Below are positions 1 through 7,855 of a DNA stretch of 32,000 bases, piece by piece. The notes beneath the pieces were generated by a model that ran no database searches, was not told the DNA's origin, and saw only the letters and a list, made by a program, of their open reading frames with translations. Each line of letters starts with the position of its first letter. Within the stretch, counting starts at the first letter, position 1. Source of the stretch: Pyrodictium occultum. GTDB lineage: Archaea > Thermoproteota > Thermoprotei_A > Sulfolobales > Pyrodictiaceae. The DNA is taken from contig NZ_LNTB01000001.1 in assembly GCF_001462395.1 (NCBI RefSeq), forward strand, positions 780,001 through 812,000, in the 5' to 3' direction. A program made the translations under genes and the position numbers.

Positions 1-1128
1 GGCCTCGAGGACGCCAGGGCCGGCGAGACGGCTGTAGCGACAAGCCTCAAGGACAAGGTGCCGCCGTTCGAGAAGCTCCACTACGTCTCCGAGCCCGTGG
101 TGACGGTTGCCATCGAGCCCAAGAACCCCAAGGACCTGCCGAAGCTCATAGACGCCCTCTACAAGCTGAGCATAGAGGACCCGACTATACAGGTTAAGAT
201 CAACCAGGAGACCGGCGAGTACCTCCTCAGCGGTATGGGCCCGCTCCACATAGAGATAGCCACCTGGTGGCTCAAGGAGACCTTCGGCATAGAGGTGAAG
301 ACCAGCCCGCCGATAGTCGTGTACCGCGAGACCGTGAGGGCTAAGAGCCAGGTGTTCGAGGGCAAGAGCCCCAACAAGCACAACAAGCTCTACATAAGTG
401 TTGAGCCTCTCAACGAGGAGACCATAAAGCTTATACACAACGGCGAGGTAACCGAGGACCAGGACGTCTATGAGAGAGCCAAGATACTCAAGGAGAAGGC
501 CGGCTGGGACTACGACGAGGCCAAGAGGATATGGGCTATCGACGAGAACATCAACGTGTTCGTCGACAGGACCACCGGTATACAGCACCTCCGCGAGGTG
601 AAGGACACCATAATCCAGGGCTTCCGCCTGGCAATGAAGGAGGGCCCGCTGGCCAAGGAGCCGGTCAGGGGCGTCAAGGTAGTGCTCCACGACGCCGTGA
701 TCCACGAGGACCCTGCTCACCGCGGCCCCGCGCAGATCTACCCGGCAGTGCGCAACGCCATCTACGCGGGCATGCTGACCGCTAAGCCGACGCTGCTGGA
801 GCCCCTGCAGAAGCTCGACATACGCGTGCCGCAGGAGTATGTGAGCAACGTGATAGCGGTCATATCGAGGAAGCGCGGCAAGATACTGGACATGAAGGAG
901 TACGGCGTAATGATGAGGGTCCTGGCGGAGATACCCGTGGCAGAGAGCTTCGACCTAGCGGCAGAGCTTAGGAGCGCCACCCAGGGCAGGGCCTTCTGGG
1001 GCACCGAGTTCAGCCGCTGGGCGCCACTACCCGACAACATGCTGATGGATGTCGTTAGGAAGATACGCGAGAGGAAAGGCCTGCCTCCGGAGCCGCCGAA
1101 GCCCGAGGACTTCATAACCCCCTACTAG
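1..1128 (+). CDS. fusA: Elongation factor 2 (aEF-2), C-terminal ~375 codons; 5' end outside window
   Basis: Frame 1 is open from nt 1; the track ORF 58..1128 only begins at the first in-frame start codon. EF-G/EF-2 domain III-V sequence is present ([28 protein letters not shown]). The diphthamide-site motif HEDPAHRG is present (His codon 718-720). Stop TAG 1126-1128. Confidence 0.95.
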   Translation, partial: GLEDARAGETAVATSLKDKVPPFEKLHYVSEPVVTVAIEPKNPKDLPKLIDALYKLSIEDPTIQVKINQETGEYLLSGMGPLHIEIATWWLKETFGIEVKTSPPIVVYRETVRAKSQVFEGKSPNKHNKLYISVEPLNEETIKLIHNGEVTEDQDVYERAKILKEKAGWDYDEAKRIWAIDENINVFVDRTTGIQHLREVKDTIIQGFRLAMKEGPLAKEPVRGVKVVLHDAVIHEDPAHRGPAQIYPAVRNAIYAGMLTAKPTLLEPLQKLDIRVPQEYVSNVIAVISRKRGKILDMKEYGVMMRVLAEIPVAESFDLAAELRSATQGRAFWGTEFSRWAPLPDNMLMDVVRKIRERKGLPPEPPKPEDFITPY

Positions 1129-1188
1129 GCCGGCAGGCCTCCGCCTAGGCCCCTGCAGCGGCACAGACCCGCCGCGCTGGTGCATGCC

Positions 1189-1197
1189 TTTTATATT
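1189..1197 (+). promoter_or_regulatory. Archaeal TATA box (TTTTATATT) for the CBS gene
   Basis: AT-rich element in a GC-rich spacer, ~36 nt upstream of GTG 1233. GGAG at 1222-1225 is a possible Shine-Dalgarno. Confidence 0.5.
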
Positions 1198-1232
1198 CCC
1201 AATCCGTTCTACATAGGTTATGGAGATGTAGC

Positions 1233-1679
1233 GTGGTCCTCCTCTTCCGCCGTAGGAGAGTCCCCCTACGCGCGCAGGACATTATGACCGAGCAGCCGGT
1301 TACAGTAGGCCTCAACACCAGCATTAGGGACGTGGCCCAGCTTATGAGGAAGAATCGTATCGGCAGCGTTCTGGTCGTCGACGAGGAGGGCAAGCTCCGA
1401 GGCATAGTCACCGAGAGAGACATAGTATTTGCCTGCTCGGAGGGCTGGGACCCTAACACTAAGCAGGCCTGGGAGATAATGACAGAGGACCCTATAGCCG
1501 TTAAGCCCGACGAGGACATAGTTGATGTCATAAAGAAGATGCGTGACGCTAACGTCCGCCACCTGCCGGTCGTCGATGACGAGGGTAAGCCTATCGGGAT
1601 AATATCGGCGCGGGATATAATGGACACCATACTCACGCTTGCTGGGCTCGGGATGCTCCACGAGCTGTTGAGAGAGTAG
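1233..1679 (+). CDS. CBS-domain pair protein
   Basis: Two CBS repeats: DIMTEQPVTV...IGSVLVVDEEGKLRGIVTERDI and IMTEDPIAV...VRHLPVVDDEGKPIGIISARDIM. GTG 1233 is preferred over ATG 1284 because residues of the first CBS motif (RAQDIMT) lie upstream of that ATG. Confidence 0.85.
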   Translation: MVLLFRRRRVPLRAQDIMTEQPVTVGLNTSIRDVAQLMRKNRIGSVLVVDEEGKLRGIVTERDIVFACSEGWDPNTKQAWEIMTEDPIAVKPDEDIVDVIKKMRDANVRHLPVVDDEGKPIGIISARDIMDTILTLAGLGMLHELLRE

Positions 1680-1699
1680 CGGAGCCTGAAGAGAGGCTT

Positions 1700-2746
1700 C
1701 TAGCCGGCTGCCAGCTTCTCCACCAGCTCCCCCAGGTAGTCTTTTACCTGCTTCCTCGCCGCCCGGTCCGTGGTGGTAGGCTTCTCGGGGAATGGGTTGG
1801 CCCAGCCGGCTAGCCCCGCTAGGAGCGCGGGGAGGCCGCGGCGCAGCCCGGCGGAGTAGCCTCCCTCGAGGACGAGGAGCACCGGGGCCCCCAGCCCGGC
1901 GAGCCTTCTGCCCAGGGCGTGGTAGCCGGCGGTGGTGAGCCGGAGCGAGCCCAGCTCGTCGTCCCAGTAGGCGTCCAGCCCGGCGTCAACCACTACTATA
2001 TCGGGCGCCGTGGCGCGCTCCAGGTAGAGCGCCAGCAGCGCGTCCAGGGCCTCAAGGTACGCGTCGTCCCCGGTTCCCGGCGGCAGGGGCAGGTTTAGCT
2101 TGGTTCCCCTTCCCTCGCCTTCTCCGGTCTGCCAGGGCCAGCCGCTGCCCGGGTATATAGTGGAGGGGTCCTGATGCAAGTCTATATGGTACACGGGCTT
2201 GTCGTAGAGTATGTCCTGGGTACCGTTGCCATGGTGGAGGTCTATATCCACTACTAGGGGCTGGTAGCCGAGCCGGTGGAGCGTGAGAGCCGCTAGCGCT
2301 GATACATTGAATATGCAGAAGCCCAGGGTGGGAGCCCCCATAGCCCGCCCGAAGAACCCCGCATGATGGCCCGGGGGCCTGCCGAGCACCAGGGCCACCC
2401 TGCACTCGCCCCTCAGCAGGCTCTCCGCCGCGTCAAGTACAGCGGCTGCATAGGCCTCGGCGGCGAGGGGCGTGCCCGGGGACACGTAGGTGTCGGGGTC
2501 CAGGTAGCCGCCGCCCCGCATGGCGAGCTCTAGCACAGCCGTTATGTAGTCTGGGCTGTGAACCTCCCTGAACACATATAGGCCCCTGCGGCGGGGCGGC
2601 GTCCTATGCTCCGCCAGGCTCCAGATGCCGGACTCTACAAGCCCCTCCACCGCCTGGTCCAGCCTCTCCGGCGCCTCCATGTGGTAGCCGTAGGGGGGCT
2701 CGTGGAGCTTGAACACGGGGTCGTAGTAGATGCAGAAGCCGCTCAT
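1700..2746 (-). CDS. Histone deacetylase / acetoin-utilisation (AcuC) / acetylpolyamine amidohydrolase family Zn hydrolase
   Basis: 348 aa with classical HDAC motifs: RPPGHHA (catalytic His pair), VDIDLHHGNGTQ (Zn ligands), and DAGLDAY...D..LG, EGGY. Confidence 0.9.
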   Translation of the reverse strand: MSGFCIYYDPVFKLHEPPYGYHMEAPERLDQAVEGLVESGIWSLAEHRTPPRRRGLYVFREVHSPDYITAVLELAMRGGGYLDPDTYVSPGTPLAAEAYAAAVLDAAESLLRGECRVALVLGRPPGHHAGFFGRAMGAPTLGFCIFNVSALAALTLHRLGYQPLVVDIDLHHGNGTQDILYDKPVYHIDLHQDPSTIYPGSGWPWQTGEGEGRGTKLNLPLPPGTGDDAYLEALDALLALYLERATAPDIVVVDAGLDAYWDDELGSLRLTTAGYHALGRRLAGLGAPVLLVLEGGYSAGLRRGLPALLAGLAGWANPFPEKPTTTDRAARKQVKDYLGELVEKLAAG

Positions 2747-2818
2747 CCCGGGCGCAGCCCTCCAGGGCTATGCCCGGCTCCTCCTGGGAGGAAGCTGCAT
2801 AAGAGGGCTCGTGGCGCC

Positions 2819-4366
2819 ATGGAGCCTCGGTGGCCCCGGGGGGGCCTATCGAGGGGTCGGGGATTGCAAGAGAGCGGCTGCGAGCAGTTGACGAGGATCA
2901 TCTACGAGCTGCCTGGCCTCCGCCTTACCCTGGGGGTCAGCCGGGGCCGGAGCTGCGTCATGGGCGGCGCGGGCTGGGTGGAGGCCTCCATAGGCCTGGA
3001 CGTGGTTGAGGCGGATGTAGAGGAGTCCCTCCTCGGCGAGCTGCTGGCCTCCCTGCTCCTCCTAGAGCCAGCCGGCATCGAGGGCGATGTGGAGGCCTAC
3101 CGGCTCCTAGTCTCAAAGTACCTCGGCCGGGTCTTCGGCGAGGAGGCTGGGAGGCTCCGGAGGCTCCTGGCCAGGAGCTTCGAGAGGCTCTACGTGGCCG
3201 ACATATACCCCGCTGTAGCCCGCATGTCTAGGCTTCAGCGCATCTACCCCTGGCTCCGGATAGCCTACTCGGCCGCGCTTCAGCGTAGCAGCTACTACTC
3301 CTGGCTCCGCCGCCTCCTCCGGGAGACCGTCCTGGCCGGCGTGGACACCCATAGCCGCTGGATCCCGGCAAAGCTCATAGCCTCGAAGGGGAAGAGTCAC
3401 CCCCTCATCAACAGGCTAGGCGAGGCTGCTAGGGCTATAGGGGTGCTGGGAAGCTTCGCCCAGCAAGCCTTTCTCCCCCTCCTCAGGGCCCTGCCCCAGA
3501 GCCTCCTCATGGAGAGCATAGGCCAGAAGCCCCACCCGCTCACGAGCGACCCCCTCCTCCTGGCCAGGCTGGACTCGGCGAGGCTCGCTACGAAGCTGGT
3601 TAGCTTCGAGGACCAGCTATACGCGATAACCGGGGTGAAGAGGCTCCTAGACAGCCTAAAGCTCCGCCGGAAGAGCATTGTTAGAAGCGTGTTAGTGCTA
3701 GGAACAGGAGACTTCAAGCCAGCAGTGGTCAAGCGCTATATAGACTTGAGCGCGGTCAAGTGGATCGTGGCATCTGTCGCCTCCCTCCCGCTCCCGAAGC
3801 CTAGGCTCAGGCCCCTCGCCCGGCTCGACGCCGAGTACTACTACAACAGGCTGCTGGCCGAGAAGGGCTTCCACGTGCCCCACCCCCTCCTAGTTGACCC
3901 GAGGCGCAGACTAGCAGCCTACAGCTACATAGAGGGCAGCGACCTCATAGCCCTGCTCCAGAGGGACCCTGCACCAGAGCCCTACCGGGAGGCCGGAAGG
4001 CTCCTGGCAAGGCTACACCGTAGCGGGGTGGCCCTCTGGGACGCTAATCCAGGCAACTTCGTCTACGACGGCGAGAACCTGTACCTAGTGGACCTGGAGC
4101 AGGCCCGGGGGCTGAGGGGCATCGGGGAAGCAGCCTGGGACATAGCCATGGCGTCATACTACTCCCTCATATACGCGCCGCGGAGCGGCCCCGAGAGAGC
4201 CGCCATGATAGCCTCCGGCTACCTCGAGGCAGGCGGCGGCAGAGAGGTCCTCCTAGAAGCCGCAAAGTACAAGTACATGGCACCCTTCCTGGCCGCTGCC
4301 CCGCCCAACCTGCTGGAGAGGACGCGTAGAGCCCTCCTCGCCGCAGCCCAGGGGAACCAGCCTTAA
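2819..4366 (+). CDS. Atypical protein-kinase-fold protein (RIO/Bud32/Kdo-kinase-like C-terminal domain) with a large uncharacterised N-terminal region
   Basis: The ORF is open from 2606, but its first 141 nt overlap the divergent deacetylase gene. First non-overlapping ATG is 2819; alternative ATG 2960. The C-terminal ~190 aa carry a Gly loop LGTGDF, VVK lysine, EYYYNRLLAEKGFHVPHP, catalytic-loop-like LWDANPGNFV (Asp codon 4040-4042) and LVDLEQA. No family was recognised for the N-terminal ~280 aa. Confidence 0.6.
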   Translation: MEPRWPRGGLSRGRGLQESGCEQLTRIIYELPGLRLTLGVSRGRSCVMGGAGWVEASIGLDVVEADVEESLLGELLASLLLLEPAGIEGDVEAYRLLVSKYLGRVFGEEAGRLRRLLARSFERLYVADIYPAVARMSRLQRIYPWLRIAYSAALQRSSYYSWLRRLLRETVLAGVDTHSRWIPAKLIASKGKSHPLINRLGEAARAIGVLGSFAQQAFLPLLRALPQSLLMESIGQKPHPLTSDPLLLARLDSARLATKLVSFEDQLYAITGVKRLLDSLKLRRKSIVRSVLVLGTGDFKPAVVKRYIDLSAVKWIVASVASLPLPKPRLRPLARLDAEYYYNRLLAEKGFHVPHPLLVDPRRRLAAYSYIEGSDLIALLQRDPAPEPYREAGRLLARLHRSGVALWDANPGNFVYDGENLYLVDLEQARGLRGIGEAAWDIAMASYYSLIYAPRSGPERAAMIASGYLEAGGGREVLLEAAKYKYMAPFLAAAPPNLLERTRRALLAAAQGNQP

Positions 4367-4417
4367 CCCCCAGAGGCGCCCTGCAGACAGGCCCTCGGAT
4401 GCAGGGGAGGCATAGTC

Positions 4418-4579
4418 ATGGCGGGCGCTAGGGCGTGCCCAGTCTGTGGCAAGGGCATGTACAGAAGGAAGGCGCTGCTGGAGCACATAAAAAGGGTTCA
4501 CGGCTGGTACTTCAAGGAGTTCATAGAGCCCAAGGGCAAGGGTGGAGGAGGCGGCGCCAAGAAGAAGAAGGAGAAGTAG
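4418..4579 (+). CDS. 53-aa C2H2 zinc-finger protein with Gly5 hinge and Lys-rich tail (below the ORF-track size cutoff)
   Basis: Translation: MAGARACPVCGKGMYRRKALLEHIKRVHGWYFKEFIEPKGKGGGGGAKKKKEK. It fits C-x2-C-x12-H-x4-H with the conserved hydrophobic positions (codons 4436-4501). GGGGAGG at 4404-4410 lies 7 nt upstream of the ATG. A T4 tract at 4600-4603 follows the TAG stop (4577-4579). Confidence 0.6.
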   Translation: MAGARACPVCGKGMYRRKALLEHIKRVHGWYFKEFIEPKGKGGGGGAKKKKEK

Positions 4580-4606
4580 CCCCGCCAGCCTCGCCCAGGT
4601 TTTAGA

Positions 4607-4760
4607 AGGGGCTCCAGCCCCTGCATATTCTGCCCCTGGCCGGGCTGGCTGGATGAGCTGTGGGTCACGGGGCTGGAGCCCCTAGGCCCCTAGAGGCTCC
4701 CCGGGGTGCCCGGGAGGCTGCCATGGCCCGGGCCTAGGGGCTGTGAAGCTGCCTCCCGGG
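4607..4760. repeat. Nest of perfect GC-rich inverted repeats in the ZnF/hemL intergenic region
   Basis: 15-bp inverted repeat 4607-4621 / 4669-4683 (AGGGGCTCCAGCCCC / GGGGCTGGAGCCCCT). 13-bp inverted repeat 4677-4689 / 4730-4742. 10-bp inverted repeat 4709-4718 / 4751-4760. Tandem GCCCCTAG x2 at 4678-4693. The arms overlap, so the pairings are mutually exclusive or crossing. Confidence 0.8.
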
Positions 4761-4827
4761 GGCGCGACGGCCTCCACGAATTATCCCAGAGCCGTCCGAG
4801 GAGCCTGGGCGTCTCCGGGTCAACGTC

Positions 4828-4836
4828 TAAATTATA
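4828..4836 (+). promoter_or_regulatory. TATA box (TAAATTATA) of the hemL operon
   Basis: This is the only AT-rich block in the spacer. It lies ~50 nt upstream of the TTG 4884 start, which is the first start codon after the in-frame TAG at 4878-4880. Confidence 0.6.
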
Positions 4837-4883
4837 CATGCTTTAGCGCGTGTATCCGGCTGGTCGGAGGGTGTGCATAGTCC

Positions 4884-6170
4884 TTGCCGGGCGAGCGGAG
4901 CAGAAGCCTCTACGAGGAGGCGCTGGGCCTCTTCCCGGGCGGCGTGAACAGCCCCGTCCGGGCCGCCGTGAAGCCCTACCCCTTCTACGTGAGCCGCGCC
5001 GAGGGACCCTACATCTACACTGTTGACGGGGAGAGGCTTATCGACTACGTGCTGGCCTACGGCCCCCTGTTCCTCGGCCACCGGCATCCCCGCGTCCTGG
5101 AGGCGGTCCGGGAGCAGCTGGAGAAGGGCTGGCTCTACGGCACTCCTACGGAGCTTGAGGTTGCCCTTGCGAAGAAGATACTCCGCTACTACCACCCCGG
5201 TGGCATGGTGCGCTTTGTCAACACAGGGACAGAGGCTACTATGACCGCCATAAGGCTTGCCAGGGGCTACACCGGGCGCAAGTACATAGTGAAGTTTAAC
5301 GGATGCTACCACGGCGCCCATGACTCGGTGCTTGTGGGGGCTGGGAGCGCGGCAGCGGAGTACGGGGTGCCCACGAGCCTAGGGGTCCCCGAGGAGGTGG
5401 CCCGGCTCACCCTAGTGGCCAGGTACAACGACCTGGAGAGCGTTGAGAGGATAATGAGGCAGTATGGGGACCAAGTGGCAGCTATAATAGTGGAGCCGGT
5501 CGCGGGCAACGCTGGCGTGATCCCGCCCAAGCCCGGGTTCCTCAAGGGGCTACGCGAGCTGGCCGATAGGTACGGTGCGCTCCTGATAATGGATGAGGTG
5601 ATAACCGGGTTCCGCTTAGGCCTCGGAGGCGCCCAAGAGTACTATGGCGTCCGGGGAGACCTCACCACCCTGGGCAAGATAGTTGGGGGAGGCTTCCCGA
5701 TAGGGGTTGTGGCTGGGCCCAGGGAGATAATGGAGAAGCTGACCCCCAGCGGCAGGGTCTTCAACGCTGGCACCTTCAACGCCCACCCGGTTACCATGGC
5801 CGCGGGGCTTGCCACGATAGAGGTGTTAGAGACAGGCGAGCCCTACCGCGTCGCGCGCGAGGCCGCCTCCAGGCTGGTGAAGGCCCTAGAGGACCTCATA
5901 AGCCGCTACAGCGTAAAGGCTACCGTGAACCACGTGGAGAACATGTTCCAGGTATTCTTTGTGGACGGGGATGTATCCTCCCCGGAGGACGCGGCCAGGA
6001 GCAACAGGGAGCTGTACGCCAGGCTCCACGAGGAGCTGCTCCGCCGCGGCGTCTTCATAGCGCCTAGCCAGATGGAGGCAGTGTTCACCAGCGCCGCTCA
6101 CACACGCGAGGTAGTGGACGAGACCATAGAGGCGCTGGAGGAGGCGTTCAAGAGGCTCGGGGAGCAATGA
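4884..6170 (+). CDS. hemL: Glutamate-1-semialdehyde 2,1-aminomutase
   Basis: 428 aa. N-terminal LYEEALGLFPGGVNSPVRA, class-III aminotransferase body, and PLP-lysine context DLTTLGKIVGGGFP. The stop overlaps the hemC start (ATGA 6167-6170). Confidence 0.95.
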   Translation: MPGERSRSLYEEALGLFPGGVNSPVRAAVKPYPFYVSRAEGPYIYTVDGERLIDYVLAYGPLFLGHRHPRVLEAVREQLEKGWLYGTPTELEVALAKKILRYYHPGGMVRFVNTGTEATMTAIRLARGYTGRKYIVKFNGCYHGAHDSVLVGAGSAAAEYGVPTSLGVPEEVARLTLVARYNDLESVERIMRQYGDQVAAIIVEPVAGNAGVIPPKPGFLKGLRELADRYGALLIMDEVITGFRLGLGGAQEYYGVRGDLTTLGKIVGGGFPIGVVAGPREIMEKLTPSGRVFNAGTFNAHPVTMAAGLATIEVLETGEPYRVAREAASRLVKALEDLISRYSVKATVNHVENMFQVFFVDGDVSSPEDAARSNRELYARLHEELLRRGVFIAPSQMEAVFTSAAHTREVVDETIEALEEAFKRLGEQ

Positions 6171-7075
6171 AGATACGCGTCGCCACCCGGGGGAGCAAGC
6201 TAAGCCTAGCCCAGACCAGGCTAGCGCTGGAGGAGATTAGGAAGAAGCACCCTCAAGTAGACTTTGAACTCGTGATAGTGAGGACCAGGGGCGATGTGCA
6301 CCAGGATAAGCCTTTCACCGAGATAGGCGGCAAGGGGCTCTTCGAGAGGGAGGTCAACCTGGCAGTGCTGGAGGGCCGGGCCGATGTAGCGGTGCACAGC
6401 CTCAAGGACGTGCCCAGCGAGGTCAGCCCCGGCCTAGTACTGGCTATGACTCCTCCGAGGGCCTCGCCCTTCGACGTGCTAGTCACCCGGGAGGGGGCGA
6501 AGACACTCTGGGACCTCCCGTCCGGTGCGGTGGTAGGCTCTTCCAGCGCCCGCAGAGTGGCGATGCTCCGGAGGCTCCGCAGCGACCTAGTCTACAAGCC
6601 CCTGAGGGGGAATGTAGACACGAGGCTTAGGAAGCTCCGGGAGGGTCTCTACGACGCTATAGTCCTGGCGGAGGCGGGGCTTCAGAGGCTCGGGATGGAG
6701 GTCGAGTACTGGCGTATACCTCCCGACGTGCTGCCCCCGGCGCCCGGCCAGGGCATAGTGGGGGTCTACACGCTTTACAGCCGCGGCGACCTGCTCCCGC
6801 TCCTGGAGGACTCGAGCCACAGAGAGACGATGATCCAGGCGAGGGCTGAGAGGGCATTCCTAGCCTACGCCGGCGGGGGCTGCCATACCCCCATCGGAGC
6901 TTACGCCTGGGTCGAGGGCGGCAGCCTGCGCATCCACGCTGCGGCAGCGTCTCCGGACGGGAGTAAGAGGGTCGACGTGGAGCTGAAGGGCGACCCGGAG
7001 AGGCCGGCCCAGCTGGGCGTGGACGCGGCGCTGGAACTCCGCGCCCGGGCCGCGGCGGCCGGCATAGCACTGTAG
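6167..7075 (+). CDS. hemC: Porphobilinogen deaminase (hydroxymethylbilane synthase)
   Basis: 302 aa. Motifs: IRVATRGSKLSLAQT, RGNVDTRLRKL, and the dipyrromethane-cofactor Cys context GGGCHTPIGAYA. Confidence 0.95.
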   Translation: MKIRVATRGSKLSLAQTRLALEEIRKKHPQVDFELVIVRTRGDVHQDKPFTEIGGKGLFEREVNLAVLEGRADVAVHSLKDVPSEVSPGLVLAMTPPRASPFDVLVTREGAKTLWDLPSGAVVGSSSARRVAMLRRLRSDLVYKPLRGNVDTRLRKLREGLYDAIVLAEAGLQRLGMEVEYWRIPPDVLPPAPGQGIVGVYTLYSRGDLLPLLEDSSHRETMIQARAERAFLAYAGGGCHTPIGAYAWVEGGSLRIHAAAASPDGSKRVDVELKGDPERPAQLGVDAALELRARAAAAGIAL

Positions 7076-7105
7076 GCCCTTACAGCCACCGGGGGCTGGC
7101 GGGCC

Positions 7106-7855
7106 GTGCCGGGCTGCGGCAGCGTCTACATAGTGGGAGCGGGGCCGGGAGACCCGGAGCTCATAACCGTCAAGGGCCTACGCCTCATAGAGCAGGCGGA
7201 TGTTGTAGTGTACGACCGGCTGGTGCCGAGGGAGCTGCTTGACCACACCAAGCCCGGGGCGGAGCTGGTCTACGCCGGCAAGAAGCCCGGAGCCCACGCC
7301 ATGACCCAGGAGGAGATAAACAGGCTGCTCCTCAAGAAGGCCTGCGAGGGCAAGACTGTTGTGAGGCTGCACGGCGGCGACCCCTACGTTTTCGGCCGCG
7401 GCGAGGAGGAGTGCATCTACCTCCGCAGCCACGGGGTCGAGTGCGAGGTGGTGCCAGGCGTCACCAGCGCCATAGCAGGCGCAGCCTATGCTGGGATACC
7501 GGTAACAAGCAGGGGGCTCGCCTCAAGCTTCGCAGTGGCCACCGGGAAGGAGGCCCCCGGCAAGCCTAGGAGAATGGTGCGGTACGCCGATATAATGAAG
7601 AGCGTCGACACGCTAGTGGTACTGATGGGTGTCGGCACGCTGGAGAAGATAGTGGAGGAGATGCTGGAGGGCGGCATAGACCCGGACCTCCCGGTGGCAG
7701 TTGTAGAGAATGCAAGCACTCCCAGGCAGCGCGTCGTCACCGGGAGGCTCCGCGACATAGCCGAGAAAGCCAGGAGGGCCGGGATCCAGCCCCCCGCGGT
7801 CATAGTTTTCGGCCCCACGGTGAAGCTGAGGGAGCGGCTTTGGAAGCTGAGCTGA
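7106..7855 (+). CDS. cobA: Uroporphyrinogen-III C-methyltransferase (SUMT)
   Basis: 249 aa. Motifs: VYIVGAGPGDPELITVKG, ADVVVYDRL, RLHGGDPYVFGRG, VPGVTSA. GTG start. Confidence 0.9.
   Translation: MPGCGSVYIVGAGPGDPELITVKGLRLIEQADVVVYDRLVPRELLDHTKPGAELVYAGKKPGAHAMTQEEINRLLLKKACEGKTVVRLHGGDPYVFGRGEEECIYLRSHGVECEVVPGVTSAIAGAAYAGIPVTSRGLASSFAVATGKEAPGKPRRMVRYADIMKSVDTLVVLMGVGTLEKIVEEMLEGGIDPDLPVAVVENASTPRQRVVTGRLRDIAEKARRAGIQPPAVIVFGPTVKLRERLWKLS

Noticed and set aside
2606-2818. N-terminal extension of the kinase-fold ORF
   Set aside because: It overlaps the first 141 nt of the divergent deacetylase gene, and the translation (…HVVAVGGLVELEHGVVVDAEAAHPG…) mirrors that gene's antisense.
4253-4501. 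82-aa minus-strand ORF spanning the kinase 3' end and the ZnF start
   Set aside because: It has no motifs and is antisense to the kinase-fold gene. The plus-strand 53-aa ORF in the same DNA has a perfect C2H2 pattern plus SD and T-tract.
4645-4750. C/D-box sRNA (GGAUGAG at 4651-4657, GUGA at 4743-4746)
   Set aside because: Both boxes deviate from the RUGAUGA and CUGA consensus. They are ~90 nt apart, too far for archaeal C/D sRNAs, and there are no C'/D' boxes.
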